Shown: positions 28,131-38,351 of the stretch, in pieces
Layout of the letters: each line of letters opens with the position of its first letter
Position numbering within the stretch: position 1 is the stretch's first letter
NCBI GenBank assembly: GCA_030603885.1
Contig: JAUVWW010000004.1
Coordinates: 2,236 to 66,235, forward strand
DNA from: a bacterium
GTDB taxonomy: Bacteria; Patescibacteriota; JABMPQ01; JAUVWW01
DNA length: 64,000 nucleotides
Direction of reading: 5' to 3'
The notes under the pieces: generated by a model
What the model was told of the DNA's origin: nothing
Databases searched by the model: none
The model's input: only the letters and a program-made list of their open reading frames with translations
Translations under genes and position numbers: made by a program

Positions 28131-28242
28131 CTTGTACTTCCTTTTATTTAGGCAATTTTAAGAGTTGAATCTCTAAAATTAGACCATTTTTGGCTTAAAT
28201 AAGCCAAATTTAGCATTTTTAGTTAGAAATTTCCTAAAACCC

Positions 28243-28313
28243 TTGCCAGGGATCAAAAATACTGCTATAATTCAAGATACAAAGTTGACACGTAATTTAG
28301 ATAAGATTATAAT
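28243..28313 (+). promoter_or_regulatory. Tandem promoters for tuf
   Basis: TTGCCA-17-TATAAT (28243-28271) and perfect TTGACA-17-TATAAT (28285-28313). Confidence 0.8.
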
Positions 28314-28409
28314 AAATTTACTAATTAGTTACTAATTTTACACTAATTTTACGAATCTATTTGCGAGAATTCGTGGTAAATTCGTGAAGATTAGTGAGAA
28401 GCAAAAATC

Positions 28410-29615
28410 ATGGCAGAAAAAGAGAAATTTGAGAGAGCAAAACCACACATTAATGTGGGAACCATTGGTCATGTTGACCATGGAAAAACCATGCTAACTG
28501 CTGCTATTCTAAAGTGCATGAAGTCTCTTGGGCACAAATCCCAAGTGAAGACAGTAGACCAAATTGATAATGCTCCTGAGGAAAAAGAGCGAGGTATTAC
28601 TATTGCCACAGCTCATGTAGAATATGAAGGAGACAAATATCATTATGCTCACATTGACTGTCCTGGTCATGCTGACTATATCAAGAACATGGTTACTGGA
28701 GCAGCTCAAATGGATGGAGCTATTTTGGTAGTGGCCGCTACAGATGGTCCTATGCCACAGACAAGAGAGCACATTCTTCTAGCTCGTCAGGTAGGAGTGC
28801 CTAACATAGTAGTCTTCTTGAACAAAATAGACCAAGTAGAAGATAAAGAGCTGATTGATTTAGTGGAGACAGAGATAAAAGAACTTTTAACAAAATATGA
28901 ATATCCAGGAGACAAGATCCCTGTTATTAGAGGATCAGCTCTAAATGCTTATGAATGTGGTTGTTCTAAGGAAAGTTGTTCAAATTGTCGGCCTATTATA
29001 GAGCTAGTAAAGGCTATGGATGCTTTTCCTGAACCAAAAAGAGATGTAGACAAGCCTTTTATGATGCCTATCGAAGATATCTTCTCTATTGAAGGAAGAG
29101 GAACCGTAGTTACTGGTAGAATTGAAAGAGGTATTGTCAAACTAAATGATGAAGTAGAGCTGGTAGGGCTTAAGCCTACTAAGAAAACTGTAGTTACTGG
29201 AATTGAGATGTTTAATAAAGCATTGGAAGAAGGGCGAGCTGGAGATAATGCAGGAATTTTACTTAGAGGTACTAAAAAAGAAGATGTTGAGAGAGGACAA
29301 GTTCTAGCCAAACCAAGGTCTATTACTCCTCATACTGAATTTACAGCTTCAGTCTATGTACTGACTAAAGAAGAAGGAGGTCGACATACCCCATTCTTTA
29401 AAGGTTACAAGCCTCAATTTTTCGTTAGAACTACAGATGTTACTGGTGAAGTTACCTCCCTTCCTAAAGATGTAGAGATGGTTATGCCTGGTGACACAGT
29501 CAAATTAGACATAAAATTAATTGGTCCAGTAGCTATGGAGAAAGAGATGAGATTTGCTATCAGAGAAGGTGGAAAGACAGTAGGAGCAGGGGTTGTGACT
29601 GAGATTAAAAAATAA
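28410..29615 (+). CDS. tuf: Elongation factor Tu
   Basis: [33 protein letters not shown]. Confidence 0.99.
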   Translation: MAEKEKFERAKPHINVGTIGHVDHGKTMLTAAILKCMKSLGHKSQVKTVDQIDNAPEEKERGITIATAHVEYEGDKYHYAHIDCPGHADYIKNMVTGAAQMDGAILVVAATDGPMPQTREHILLARQVGVPNIVVFLNKIDQVEDKELIDLVETEIKELLTKYEYPGDKIPVIRGSALNAYECGCSKESCSNCRPIIELVKAMDAFPEPKRDVDKPFMMPIEDIFSIEGRGTVVTGRIERGIVKLNDEVELVGLKPTKKTVVTGIEMFNKALEEGRAGDNAGILLRGTKKEDVERGQVLAKPRSITPHTEFTASVYVLTKEEGGRHTPFFKGYKPQFFVRTTDVTGEVTSLPKDVEMVMPGDTVKLDIKLIGPVAMEKEMRFAIREGGKTVGAGVVTEIKK

Positions 29616-29687
29616 AGAGTGGAAAGGACTATTTAGTTGATTCATAATTATTAATTCTGAATTCTAAATTCAGAATGTACTTTTTCA

Positions 29688-30095
29688 ATGCCAAAGAAAC
29701 AGGTTAAAACTGTCCAAAAGGGCAAGCCCCAAACCAAGGCGGTTCGGGACAAGTCTAAAGATGTAAAAAAAGAAGAGGCTAAGAAGGAACAAATACAGCG
29801 AATTAGAATTAAAATTAAAGCCTACGACCATAAAGTTATTGATCAATCAGCAGCTCAGATAGTAGAGACAGCTAAGCGCACAGGAGCTCAAGTTTCAGGA
29901 CCTGTTCCTTTACCTACAGAAATACACAGAGAAACAGTGATTCGTTCTCCTTTTGTTCATAAAGATTCACGAGAGCAATACGAGATGAGAATTCATAAGA
30001 GGTTAATTGATATTCTGAAGCCTGCTTCAAAGACTATAGACTCTCTTATGAATCTGGACCTGCCCGCCGGAGTAGATGTGGAAATAAAAATGTAA
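29688..30095 (+). CDS. rpsJ: 30S ribosomal protein S10 (N-terminal extension)
   Basis: [25 protein letters not shown]. Confidence 0.97.
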   Translation: MPKKQVKTVQKGKPQTKAVRDKSKDVKKEEAKKEQIQRIRIKIKAYDHKVIDQSAAQIVETAKRTGAQVSGPVPLPTEIHRETVIRSPFVHKDSREQYEMRIHKRLIDILKPASKTIDSLMNLDLPAGVDVEIKM

Positions 30096-30170
30096 TTTTC
30101 ACCTAAATTCTTGTTTTAAAATTTAATGTTTTTAATTAATAACCCAATCTAATAATATCTAAAATTAGAT

Positions 30171-30222
30171 AGCCAGACAGGATTTTAGTGGCTCATGAAT
30201 GTCTGCTGCTAAAATCTTTTTA
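30171..30222 (+). terminator. Terminator-like hairpin between rpsJ and rplC (possible attenuator)
   Basis: GATTTTAGTGGC/GCTGCTAAAATC followed by TTTTT; upstream CAGACA can pair with TGTCTG in the loop. Confidence 0.55.
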
Positions 30223-30268
30223 TTTCGAGCGAAGCGAGAATCAAGGTTCTCGCGAGAGAGGTTCTTAT
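30223..30268. repeat. AGAACC hairpin element, copy 3 (inverted)
   Basis: TTCGAGCGAAGCGAGAATCAAGGTTCTC..GAGGTTCTTAT is the reverse complement of copies 1 and 2. Confidence 0.85.
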
Positions 30269-30272
30269 TTAT

Positions 30273-30884
30273 ATGAAATTCATCCTTGGCAAGAAAATTG
30301 GAATGACCCAGACTTTTAAAAAAGGTAAAGTAATACCTGTAACAATATTAGAGGCTGGATTATGTGTGGTTACTCAGCTTAAAACAAAAGAGAAGGATGG
30401 ATATGATGCAGTTCAAGTAGGATTCGGCAAGACAGAACCTAGAAAACTAACCAAGCCCGAAAGAGAGCGTCTCAAAGCTTTAGGATATTTTAGATATCTT
30501 TGTGAATTTAGGATAGACAAGCCAGAAGAGTATAAAAAAGGACAGACTATTGATGTTTCTGTATTTAAAGAAGGAGATAAAGTAAAAGTATCTGGGATAT
30601 CAAAAGGTAAAGGATTTGCCGGGGTGGTGAAGAAATTTGGATTTAAAGGTTCTCCAGCTACCCATGGTACAAAACATACCTTAAGAGCTGGAGGATCAAT
30701 TGGAGCTGGTTTTCCAGAGCACGTATTTAAAGGAATGAAAATGCCAGGGAGAATGGGAGGAAAAAGGAGAACTGTTAGGGGTTTAGAAGTGATTAGTGTA
30801 GATAAGGAAAAGAATATACTGGCGGTTAAAGGAGCTGTACCTGGACCTCGAAGAGGCTTGGTTGAAGTGAGGAGTGAGAAATAA
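30273..30884 (+). CDS. rplC: 50S ribosomal protein L3
   Basis: GKKIGMTQ, SKGKGFAG, KMPGRMG. Confidence 0.98.
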   Translation: MKFILGKKIGMTQTFKKGKVIPVTILEAGLCVVTQLKTKEKDGYDAVQVGFGKTEPRKLTKPERERLKALGYFRYLCEFRIDKPEEYKKGQTIDVSVFKEGDKVKVSGISKGKGFAGVVKKFGFKGSPATHGTKHTLRAGGSIGAGFPEHVFKGMKMPGRMGGKRRTVRGLEVISVDKEKNILAVKGAVPGPRRGLVEVRSEK

Positions 30885-30931
30885 TCATTGCGGCTCACCT
30901 TCGCTAAACAGAGCTTGAAATTATTAAAGAT

Positions 30932-31564
30932 ATGGCAAAAGTAAAAGTTTACAATATGCAAGGGAAGAAAGCCGGGGAGAAAACACTCAATCCGGATATT
31001 TTTGAAGTGAAGATTAAACCGTATGTAGTTCATCGAGCTATGGTAGCCCAACTTTCCAAAGCTAGACGGCCCATCGCCAAAGTTTTGGGGAGAGGCGAAG
31101 TAAGAGGTGGAGGAATTAAACCTTGGAGACAGAAAGGCACAGGTCGAGCTCGAGCTGGTAGTATCAGATCTCCTCTTTGGCGTGGTGGAGGAATTACTTT
31201 TGGTCCAACGCCCAAGCGAGTATTTACTAAGAAAATAACTAAGAAAGAAAAAAGAAAGGCACTTTTTATGAGTCTGACAGATAAAGTAGAGAAGAAATGT
31301 TTGGTTTTGCTAGATAAACTAAAGTTGGCCGAGATTAAGACTAAGAAAATAGTAGAAATTTTGAATAAATTACCTACAAAAGAAAAGAGTACTTTGATTG
31401 TTTTGCCAAAGCCGGATAAAGTTATCCAAAAATCAGCAGCTAACCTACCCCATGTTAAAGCTTTGTTAGCTGATTCGTTGAATGTGGTAGATGTCCTAAA
31501 ACATGATTATCTCTTGGTGCCTACTGATTCATTAGGAATAATTGAGAAGACTTATCTGAAATAA
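30932..31564 (+). CDS. rplD: 50S ribosomal protein L4
   Basis: KPWRQKGTGRARAGS, FGPTP. Confidence 0.98.
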   Translation: MAKVKVYNMQGKKAGEKTLNPDIFEVKIKPYVVHRAMVAQLSKARRPIAKVLGRGEVRGGGIKPWRQKGTGRARAGSIRSPLWRGGGITFGPTPKRVFTKKITKKEKRKALFMSLTDKVEKKCLVLLDKLKLAEIKTKKIVEILNKLPTKEKSTLIVLPKPDKVIQKSAANLPHVKALLADSLNVVDVLKHDYLLVPTDSLGIIEKTYLK

Positions 31565-31579
31565 TTTTCAATTTTTATT

Positions 31580-31984
31580 ATGCCTATATTAGATGTATTT
31601 AAAAAAAGGAAAAAGCCTGCCAAACCTAAGAAGAAGGTACTTAAAGCTAGACCTAAGATTGCAAAGAAAGAGGCAAAGTTAAAGAAAAAAGGAAAGGTAG
31701 GTAAGGGTTGGAAGGTGTTAGTTAAGCCTTTAATTACAGAGAAGGCTACTGATTTATCTGCTCAAGGAAAATATGTTTTTAAAGTAGCTCAAGAAGCCAC
31801 AAAACAAGAAATAAGAGAAGCCATTGAAGAGGTATATGGGATCAGACCTCAAGCAGTACATATTATTAAAGTTCTTGGTAAGCAAAGAAGATACGGCAGA
31901 ACTAGAGGGAGAACTCCTGATTGGAAGAAAGCAATTGTGACCCTTGCGCCTGGGGAGAAGATAGAAATTGTAGAGGGCGTGTAA
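31580..31984 (+). CDS. rplW: 50S ribosomal protein L23 (N-terminal extension)
   Basis: PLITEKAT, WKKAIVTL. Confidence 0.96.
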   Translation: MPILDVFKKRKKPAKPKKKVLKARPKIAKKEAKLKKKGKVGKGWKVLVKPLITEKATDLSAQGKYVFKVAQEATKQEIREAIEEVYGIRPQAVHIIKVLGKQRRYGRTRGRTPDWKKAIVTLAPGEKIEIVEGV

Positions 31985-32024
31985 AACAATTAACAGGTAA
32001 CAAACGAATTGCTAATTAAATTTT

Positions 32025-32873
32025 ATGGCCAAAGTTAAGACCTACAAACCAACTACTCCATCAAGAAGGCACATGACTGTACTCAGTTTTGATATTCTGA
32101 CCAAAAAGGAACCAGAGAAGGCATTGATTGTAGCTCTTAAGAAAAAGGCCGGACGAGCCAAGGGAAGGATTACAGTAAGACACCGAGGAGGAGGAGCAAA
32201 AAGACTTTATCGGATTATTGACTTTAAAAGATTGAAGTTTGATATGAAAGCCAAAGTAGAAGCCATCGAATACGATCCTTCAAGAACTGCTTTTATTGCT
32301 CTGATTAAGTATGAAGATGGTGAAAAAAGCTATGTTTTAGCTCCAACAGATGTAAAAGTTGGAGACCAAGTTATATCTTCTCAGAAGAAAATAGAGGCCA
32401 AGCCAGGTAACCGAATGCCTTTGAAATACATTCTAATAGGTATACTAGTTTATAATATAGAACTTGAGCCAAGAGGGGGAGGACGGATAGTTAGATCAGC
32501 TGGTGCTAATGCTTTAATTTTGGCTTACGAAGATAAATATGTACATGTTAAGTTACCCTCGGGAGAGATTAGAAAGGTGCTTGGCGTATGTCTTGCCACT
32601 GTGGGACAGGTAAGCAATCCCGAAAATGTTAATGTTGTCTTAGGAAAAGCAGGACGTATCAGATGGAGAGGAAGAAGGCCCAAGGTTAGAGGAAAAGCTA
32701 TGGTTCCAAAAGCTCATCCTCACGGTGGAGGAGAGGGTATGTCACCAGTAGGACTAGTACATCCGAAGACTCCTTGGGGAAAACCAGCGTTAGGAGTCAA
32801 GACAAGAAAGAAGAAAAAACCATCCGAAAGATTAATAGTTAAACATAGACCCAAGAAGAAAAAGAAAAAATAA
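32025..32873 (+). CDS. rplB: 50S ribosomal protein L2
   Basis: [23 protein letters not shown]. Confidence 0.98.
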   Translation: MAKVKTYKPTTPSRRHMTVLSFDILTKKEPEKALIVALKKKAGRAKGRITVRHRGGGAKRLYRIIDFKRLKFDMKAKVEAIEYDPSRTAFIALIKYEDGEKSYVLAPTDVKVGDQVISSQKKIEAKPGNRMPLKYILIGILVYNIELEPRGGGRIVRSAGANALILAYEDKYVHVKLPSGEIRKVLGVCLATVGQVSNPENVNVVLGKAGRIRWRGRRPKVRGKAMVPKAHPHGGGEGMSPVGLVHPKTPWGKPALGVKTRKKKKPSERLIVKHRPKKKKKK

Positions 32874-32874
32874 T

Positions 32875-33300
32875 ATGCCGAGATCATTAAAGAAGGGGCC
32901 TTGGTGTGATCTAAAGCTCCTGGAAAAAATTAAAAAGTTAAAACCGGGTACAAAAGAAGTTATAAAAACCTGGTCTCGTGCCTCGACCATTTTTCCAGAG
33001 ATGGTTGGTTTTACCATTGGTGTTCATGACGGAAGAAAACATATTACAGTATTTATTACTGAAGATATGGTAGGACACAAATTGGGTGAGTTTGCTCCTA
33101 CCAGGAGATTTGTAGTTCATGGAGGAAGAAAGGCTCGAGAGGAAGAAGCAGCTGCCCTAGAGGCAGAAAAAGCTAAAAAAGCCGCTGCAGCTGAGAAAGC
33201 TGAAGAAGCCAAGCCAGGTGCCCCAAAAGAAGCCCCCATAGAAGCTCCAAAAGAAGCCCCAAAGCCTACTAAGACAGTTAAACCAGAGGCAAAGAAGTAA
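32875..33300 (+). CDS. rpsS: 30S ribosomal protein S19 (C-terminal extension)
   Basis: [26 protein letters not shown]. Confidence 0.98.
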   Translation: MPRSLKKGPWCDLKLLEKIKKLKPGTKEVIKTWSRASTIFPEMVGFTIGVHDGRKHITVFITEDMVGHKLGEFAPTRRFVVHGGRKAREEEAAALEAEKAKKAAAAEKAEEAKPGAPKEAPIEAPKEAPKPTKTVKPEAKK

Positions 33301-33330
33301 TATTCGCATATAATTCGAATCATAATTTGT

Positions 33331-33876
33331 ATGGAAGTTACCGCTAAAGCAAAATATATCCATATTGCACCTAGAAAAGTGCGTTTAGTTGTAGATGCTA
33401 TTTCTGGAATGGATGTAGTTGAGGCAGAAAATCAACTTGAGCACATTACCAAAAGAGCCAAAACCCCTGTATTAAAGCTTTTAAAGTCGGCAGTGGCCAA
33501 TGCTGAACATAATTTTGATATGGTAAAAGATAATTTATATATAGCGAAGATTCAAGTTACAGAAGGACCAACTCTTATGCGCTTTAGAGCCAGAGCCTTT
33601 GGAAGAAGCGCTCCTATTAGAAAAAGAACTAGCCATATAACCATAGTCTTAAATGAGAAAGTCAAAGGTCTAAAGAGAAAAAAGAAACCTAAAGAAGAAA
33701 AGAAAAAAGTAGAGATTCCTAAGAAAGAAAAGATAGAAGTTAAGAAGGAAGCAAAAGAAAAGGTCAAACCAACTACTGGTTATTGGCAAAGAAAGAGAGA
33801 AGAAAAGAAGAAAGGGTTTTTTGGAAGATTAACTGGCGCGGGCAGGAGAGTCTTTAGAAGGAAAACCGGCGCCTAA
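33331..33876 (+). CDS. rplV: 50S ribosomal protein L22 (about 70-aa C-terminal extension)
   Basis: PRKVRLV, SAVANAEHN, RARAFGR..I.KRTSHI. Confidence 0.98.
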   Translation: MEVTAKAKYIHIAPRKVRLVVDAISGMDVVEAENQLEHITKRAKTPVLKLLKSAVANAEHNFDMVKDNLYIAKIQVTEGPTLMRFRARAFGRSAPIRKRTSHITIVLNEKVKGLKRKKKPKEEKKKVEIPKKEKIEVKKEAKEKVKPTTGYWQRKREEKKKGFFGRLTGAGRRVFRRKTGA

Positions 33877-33887
33877 CTTAATAAATC

Positions 33888-34565
33888 ATGGCAAGAAAAG
33901 TTACTCCAATTAGTTTCAGAATAGGCATAACAAAACCTTGGAAATCCAAGTGGTTTTTAATGCCGACCAAAGGTTACAGAGAGTTTCTTATTCAAGACAT
34001 AAAGATAAGAGATTTTATATTTAAGAAATTAAGACACGCAGCTATTGAAAAGGTAGAGATAGGACGATCGCCAGAGGCGATTACGATAGATATCTATACC
34101 TCAAGGCCAGGAATTATTATTGGAAGAGGCGGAGGTGGGGTGGAAGAGCTAAAGCGCGAGATAGAGAAAATGCTTCCTCCAAAAATCAAAGTTAACATAA
34201 ACATTCAAGAGGTAAAAACCCCAGAAGCATCAGCAAAATTAGTAGCCTTTTTTATGGCCGAGCAATTAGAAAAGAGAATTTCTTACAGAAGAGTGATGAA
34301 GCAAGCTATAGATAGAACTATGCAAGCTGCTGAAGTAAAAGGAATTAAAGTGATGCTTTCTGGGAGACTGGATGGAGCTGAGATAGCAAGGAAAGAGTGG
34401 CTATCAAAAGATAAACTCCCCCTGCATACTTTAAGGGCCGAGATCGATTTTGCTCGGGAAGAAGCTCATACCACCTATGGAGTAGTTGGAATAAAAGTTT
34501 GGATATATAAAGGCGAAGTCTTTGAAAAACCCAAAAAAGAACTTGAAAAGCCCGAGACAAAGTAA
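33888..34565 (+). CDS. rpsC: 30S ribosomal protein S3
   Basis: RPGIIIGRGG, SGRLDGAEIAR, PLHTLRA. Confidence 0.98.
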   Translation: MARKVTPISFRIGITKPWKSKWFLMPTKGYREFLIQDIKIRDFIFKKLRHAAIEKVEIGRSPEAITIDIYTSRPGIIIGRGGGGVEELKREIEKMLPPKIKVNINIQEVKTPEASAKLVAFFMAEQLEKRISYRRVMKQAIDRTMQAAEVKGIKVMLSGRLDGAEIARKEWLSKDKLPLHTLRAEIDFAREEAHTTYGVVGIKVWIYKGEVFEKPKKELEKPETK

Positions 34566-34588
34566 TTTGTTAATTCGTAATTCTAAAT

Positions 34589-35002
34589 ATGGTACTAGTA
34601 CCGCGAAAAGTAAAACATCGAAAATGGCAAAAAGGAAGAAGAAGAGCTAAAGGACGAGCTCTAAGAGGAGATAGGCTAAGTTTTGGTAGTTTTGGACTAA
34701 AAGCCCTCGAGACAAAATGGATTACAGCCAGACAAATAGAAGCAGCAAGAAGAGCTATGACTCGTTTCATTCAAAAACAGGGCAAAATTTGGATTCGTAT
34801 ATTTCCAGATAAACCAGTGACCAAGAAAGGAGCTGAAGTTCCCATGGGAAAAGGAAAGGGAGCAGTAGATCATTTTGTAGCAGCGGTTAAGCCAGGAAGG
34901 ATTTTATTTGAGATGGATGGGATACCAGAAGAGGTAGCCCAGGAAGCTATAAGATTAGCAGCTCATAAGCTACCCATTAAGACTAAGTTTGTTAAAAAAT
35001 GA
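34589..35002 (+). CDS. rplP: 50S ribosomal protein L16
   Basis: [23 protein letters not shown]. Confidence 0.98.
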   Translation: MVLVPRKVKHRKWQKGRRRAKGRALRGDRLSFGSFGLKALETKWITARQIEAARRAMTRFIQKQGKIWIRIFPDKPVTKKGAEVPMGKGKGAVDHFVAAVKPGRILFEMDGIPEEVAQEAIRLAAHKLPIKTKFVKK

Positions 35003-35208
35003 AGATCAAAGAAGTTAGACAAAAATCAGATAAAGAGCTACAAAAATTATTAGCAACCTTAAGGGATAAGTTGCGTGATTTGAGATTTAAAACAGCCTCA
35101 AAGCAGATAAAGAATTATAAAGAGATGGAGCAGATTAAAAAGGACGTGGCTAGGATTTCAACAGTGATGAAGGAAAGAAAATTAGCTAAAGAGATTAAGA
35201 CAAAGTAA
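34999..35208 (+). CDS. rpmC: 50S ribosomal protein L29
   Basis: LRF...[10 protein letters not shown]; position between rplP and rpsQ. Confidence 0.95.
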   Translation: MKIKEVRQKSDKELQKLLATLRDKLRDLRFKTASKQIKNYKEMEQIKKDVARISTVMKERKLAKEIKTK

Positions 35209-35228
35209 TTTGGCAATATATTATAAAT

Positions 35229-35486
35229 ATGGAGACACCAAAGTCTAAAAAAATTATTCGAACTTTAAAGGGAACTGTGGTTTCTGATAAAATGGAGAAG
35301 ACGGTAGTTGTTGAAGTAATGCGCCTTAGAGTTCATCCTAAATACAAGAAAAGATATAAAGTTTCCAAGAGATACAAAGCTCATGACGAGAAAAATGAGT
35401 ATAAAACAGGAGATAAAGTGATTATTCAAGAAACAAGTCCACGCTCTAAAGAAAAAAGATGGACAGTAGTTAAGAAAATAACTTAA
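35229..35486 (+). CDS. rpsQ: 30S ribosomal protein S17
   Basis: [21 protein letters not shown]. Confidence 0.97.
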   Translation: METPKSKKIIRTLKGTVVSDKMEKTVVVEVMRLRVHPKYKKRYKVSKRYKAHDEKNEYKTGDKVIIQETSPRSKEKRWTVVKKIT

Positions 35487-35499
35487 TTGTTATATTATT

Positions 35500-35865
35500 A
35501 TGATTCAGGTAGGAACAAGGCTAAAAGTAGCTGACAATACAGGAGCAAAAATTGTTGAATGTATTAAGGTCTTAGGTGGAACAAAGAGACGCTTCGCTAG
35601 AATTGGAGATATAATAACAGCTTCAGTAAAAATAGCTGAGCCTAGAGGCTTAGTTAAAAAGAAAGACATAGTTAGATGTGTGATTGTTAGACAAAGAAAG
35701 GAATTTCGTCGCAAAGATGGATCATATATTAAATTTGATGATAATGCAGCCGTAATTTTAGAAGGTGTAGAGCCAAAAGGAACTCGAATTTTTGGACCAG
35801 TAGCTAGAGAACTAAAAGAAAGAGGATTTACCAAGATTGTTTCTTTAGCTCCTGAAGCGCTTTAA
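35500..35865 (+). CDS. rplN: 50S ribosomal protein L14
   Basis: [26 protein letters not shown]. Confidence 0.98.
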   Translation: MIQVGTRLKVADNTGAKIVECIKVLGGTKRRFARIGDIITASVKIAEPRGLVKKKDIVRCVIVRQRKEFRRKDGSYIKFDDNAAVILEGVEPKGTRIFGPVARELKERGFTKIVSLAPEAL

Positions 35866-35895
35866 TGTCTCAGCATACCCTTCGACTTAAAAATT

Positions 35896-36204
35896 ATGAA
35901 AATTAAAAAAGGCGATACAGTACAAGTTATTTCAGGAAAAGATAGAGGAAAAAAGGGCAAAGTCATTCTGACTCTTTCTAAAAAAGATAGGCTTCAAGTT
36001 GAAGGCATAAATAAGGTCATAAGGCATACCAAGCCAAAAAAGGAAGGGGAAAAAGGACAAAGAGTAGAAATTTTTGCTCCCATCCATATCTCTTGTGTAA
36101 TGCTAGTTTGTCCTAAATGCGGAAAACCAACAAGAGTAGGATATAAAGTTTTGGGCAAAGGAAAGAAGAAAAGAGTTTGTAAGAAATGTGGAGAGACATT
36201 TTAG
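35896..36204 (+). CDS. rplX: 50S ribosomal protein L24
   Basis: IKKGDTV.VISGKDRGKKG KOW motif. Confidence 0.97.
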   Translation: MKIKKGDTVQVISGKDRGKKGKVILTLSKKDRLQVEGINKVIRHTKPKKEGEKGQRVEIFAPIHISCVMLVCPKCGKPTRVGYKVLGKGKKKRVCKKCGETF

Positions 36205-36227
36205 AAATACTCCATTAGCAACTACAT

Positions 36228-36767
36228 ATGACTAGATTACAAGAATTGTATAGAAAAGAAGTTATTCCTCAAATGAAGGAAAAATTTGGATATAAAAATG
36301 ATTTAGCTGTACCCAAAGTAAAGAAGGTAGTAATAAATGTAGGAACTGGTCCGGCCTTGAAGGATGCTAAGCTACTTGATACTATGATAGAAAATCTGAA
36401 GAAAATTGCAGGACAGATACCCATAAAAAGACAAGCTAAAAAGGCTATTTCAGGTTTTGGTATTAGAGAAGGAATGGTAGTAGGACTCAAGACTACATTA
36501 AGGGCTAAGAGAATGTATAATTTCTTAGATAAATTAGCTAATGTAGTTTTGCCAAGGGTGAGAGATTTTAAAGGAATTGATCCAAAAGGATTTGATGGGC
36601 ATGGGAATCTAAGCATAGGAGTAAAAGAACAGACTGTTTTTCCAGAGATTAAAGCTGAGGATGTAGAAAAAATTCATGGACTAGAGATAGCTATTATTAC
36701 TTCCGCTAAAACTGATAAGGAGGGAAAAGAATTACTTAAATTGCTAGGTTTTCCGTTTAAAAAATAA
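36228..36767 (+). CDS. rplE: 50S ribosomal protein L5
   Basis: [19 protein letters not shown]. Confidence 0.98.
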   Translation: MTRLQELYRKEVIPQMKEKFGYKNDLAVPKVKKVVINVGTGPALKDAKLLDTMIENLKKIAGQIPIKRQAKKAISGFGIREGMVVGLKTTLRAKRMYNFLDKLANVVLPRVRDFKGIDPKGFDGHGNLSIGVKEQTVFPEIKAEDVEKIHGLEIAIITSAKTDKEGKELLKLLGFPFKK

Positions 36768-36774
36768 CACCATT

Positions 36775-36960
36775 ATGGCAAAGAAAGCTTGGATAGAAAA
36801 AGCTAAAAAGAAACCTAAATATAAAACGCGCATTATTAGGCGTTGTGCTATTTGTGGTCGAAGAAGAGGATATATGCGCAAGTTTGGAATTTGTAGAATT
36901 TGTTTTAGAGAGCTGGCATCTAAAGGTGAGATACCGGGGATAAAAAAAGCCTCATGGTAG
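36775..36960 (+). CDS. rpsN: 30S ribosomal protein S14 (Zn-binding type Z)
   Basis: RCAICGR...CRICFRE...KKASW. Confidence 0.97.
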   Translation: MAKKAWIEKAKKKPKYKTRIIRRCAICGRRRGYMRKFGICRICFRELASKGEIPGIKKASW

Positions 36961-36993
36961 TTATAATTTTTATTTTTTATTTTTAATTTTTCT

Positions 36994-37386
36994 ATGGCTG
37001 ATCCAATCTCAGACATGCTAACCAGAATCAGAAATGCTCAGGCTACAAAAAAGCCCGAAGTTTCGATACCAGCATCCAAAATTAAACTAGAGATAGCTAA
37101 AGTTCTAAAGAAGGAAGGTTTTGTTGGAGAGATTAAAGAAGAGGAAGTTGACTCAAGGAAATCGATTAAGATTAATCTAAAGTATCTTAAGGCAGGAGAA
37201 CCAGTTATTCGAGGAATCCAGAGAATCTCAAAGCCAGGTTGTAGAATTTATGCAAAAAGAGATAAACTACCTAGGGTTTTGAGAGGTCTAGGTATTACTA
37301 TTATTTCTACCTCACGAGGTCTTGTGACGGATAAAGAGGCCAGGAGAAGAAAGTTGGGCGGAGAAATATTATGTAAAGTTTGGTAG
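36994..37386 (+). CDS. rpsH: 30S ribosomal protein S8
   Basis: DPISDMLTRIRN, SKPG.R.Y, STSRG, GGE. Confidence 0.98.
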   Translation: MADPISDMLTRIRNAQATKKPEVSIPASKIKLEIAKVLKKEGFVGEIKEEEVDSRKSIKINLKYLKAGEPVIRGIQRISKPGCRIYAKRDKLPRVLRGLGITIISTSRGLVTDKEARRRKLGGEILCKVW

Positions 37387-37406
37387 ATTAACATTAGCCT
37401 AATTTT

Positions 37407-37964
37407 ATGTCTAAAATAGGAAGACAACCAGTTCCCATTCCAGAAGGAGTTGAGGTTAAAATTGAAAATCATGGTATTACGGTAAAAGGTCCCAAAGGAG
37501 AGCTTAGTTTTGATTTTAATCCTTCCGTCAGGGTCGAAAAAACAGATAAAGAAATAAAAGTTTCCCTCATTCAAGAAGAAGCCAAAGCTTTGTGGGGAAC
37601 AACACGAGCTTTGATTGTTAATATGATAAAAGGGATAACTGAGGGTTTTGAAAAAAAATTAGAGATCCAAGGTGTGGGATATAGAGCCGAAATTAAGGAT
37701 AAAAAATTAGTTCTTGTAGTTGGATTTACTCATTCAGTGGAAATTGAGGCTCCAGAAGGAATAGAATTTAAAATAGAAAAAAATGTCATTACAGTAGCTG
37801 GTATAGATAAGCAATTAGTAGGCCAGACAGCAGCCAGAATCCGAGCCGTGCGACCCCCTGAACCCTACAAAGGTAAAGGGATTAGATATTTAGGAGAGCA
37901 TGTTAGAATTAAGCCAGGTAAGAAAGCAGTGGCAGAGGAAGGAGAGGGAGTAGGAGCAGGCTAA
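37407..37964 (+). CDS. rplF: 50S ribosomal protein L6
   Basis: MSKIG, GVGYRA, RPPEPYKGKGI. Confidence 0.98.
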   Translation: MSKIGRQPVPIPEGVEVKIENHGITVKGPKGELSFDFNPSVRVEKTDKEIKVSLIQEEAKALWGTTRALIVNMIKGITEGFEKKLEIQGVGYRAEIKDKKLVLVVGFTHSVEIEAPEGIEFKIEKNVITVAGIDKQLVGQTAARIRAVRPPEPYKGKGIRYLGEHVRIKPGKKAVAEEGEGVGAG

Positions 37965-37991
37965 TAAGGCTATATAAATCTAAACTAGAAA

Positions 37992-38348
37992 ATGAAAGAT
38001 CTAGCTAAATTAAAACAGAAGAAGCGTAAAAGACGTCACTTACGAGTGCGAGCTAAAATTTTTGGAACAAAAACCCGGCCCAGACTTTGTGTATTTCGAA
38101 GCCTAAAGCATATTTATGCTCAGTTAATTGATGATGAAAAAGGGCAAACTTTAGTAGCAACCAGTGATTTAGAATTAAAGAAAAAAGCTAAAAATAAAGA
38201 GGTAGCAAAAGAAGTAGGGAAATTATTGGCTAAGAAAGCTTTGGCTAAAAAAATTAAGCAAGCAGTTTTTGATAGAGGAGGATATAAATACCATGGCAGA
38301 TTAAAGGCTTTGGCAGAAGGAGCTAGGGAGGGAGGACTTAAGTTTTAA
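37992..38348 (+). CDS. rplR: 50S ribosomal protein L18
   Basis: [25 protein letters not shown]. Confidence 0.98.
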   Translation: MKDLAKLKQKKRKRRHLRVRAKIFGTKTRPRLCVFRSLKHIYAQLIDDEKGQTLVATSDLELKKKAKNKEVAKEVGKLLAKKALAKKIKQAVFDRGGYKYHGRLKALAEGAREGGLKF

Positions 38349-38351
38349 AAT

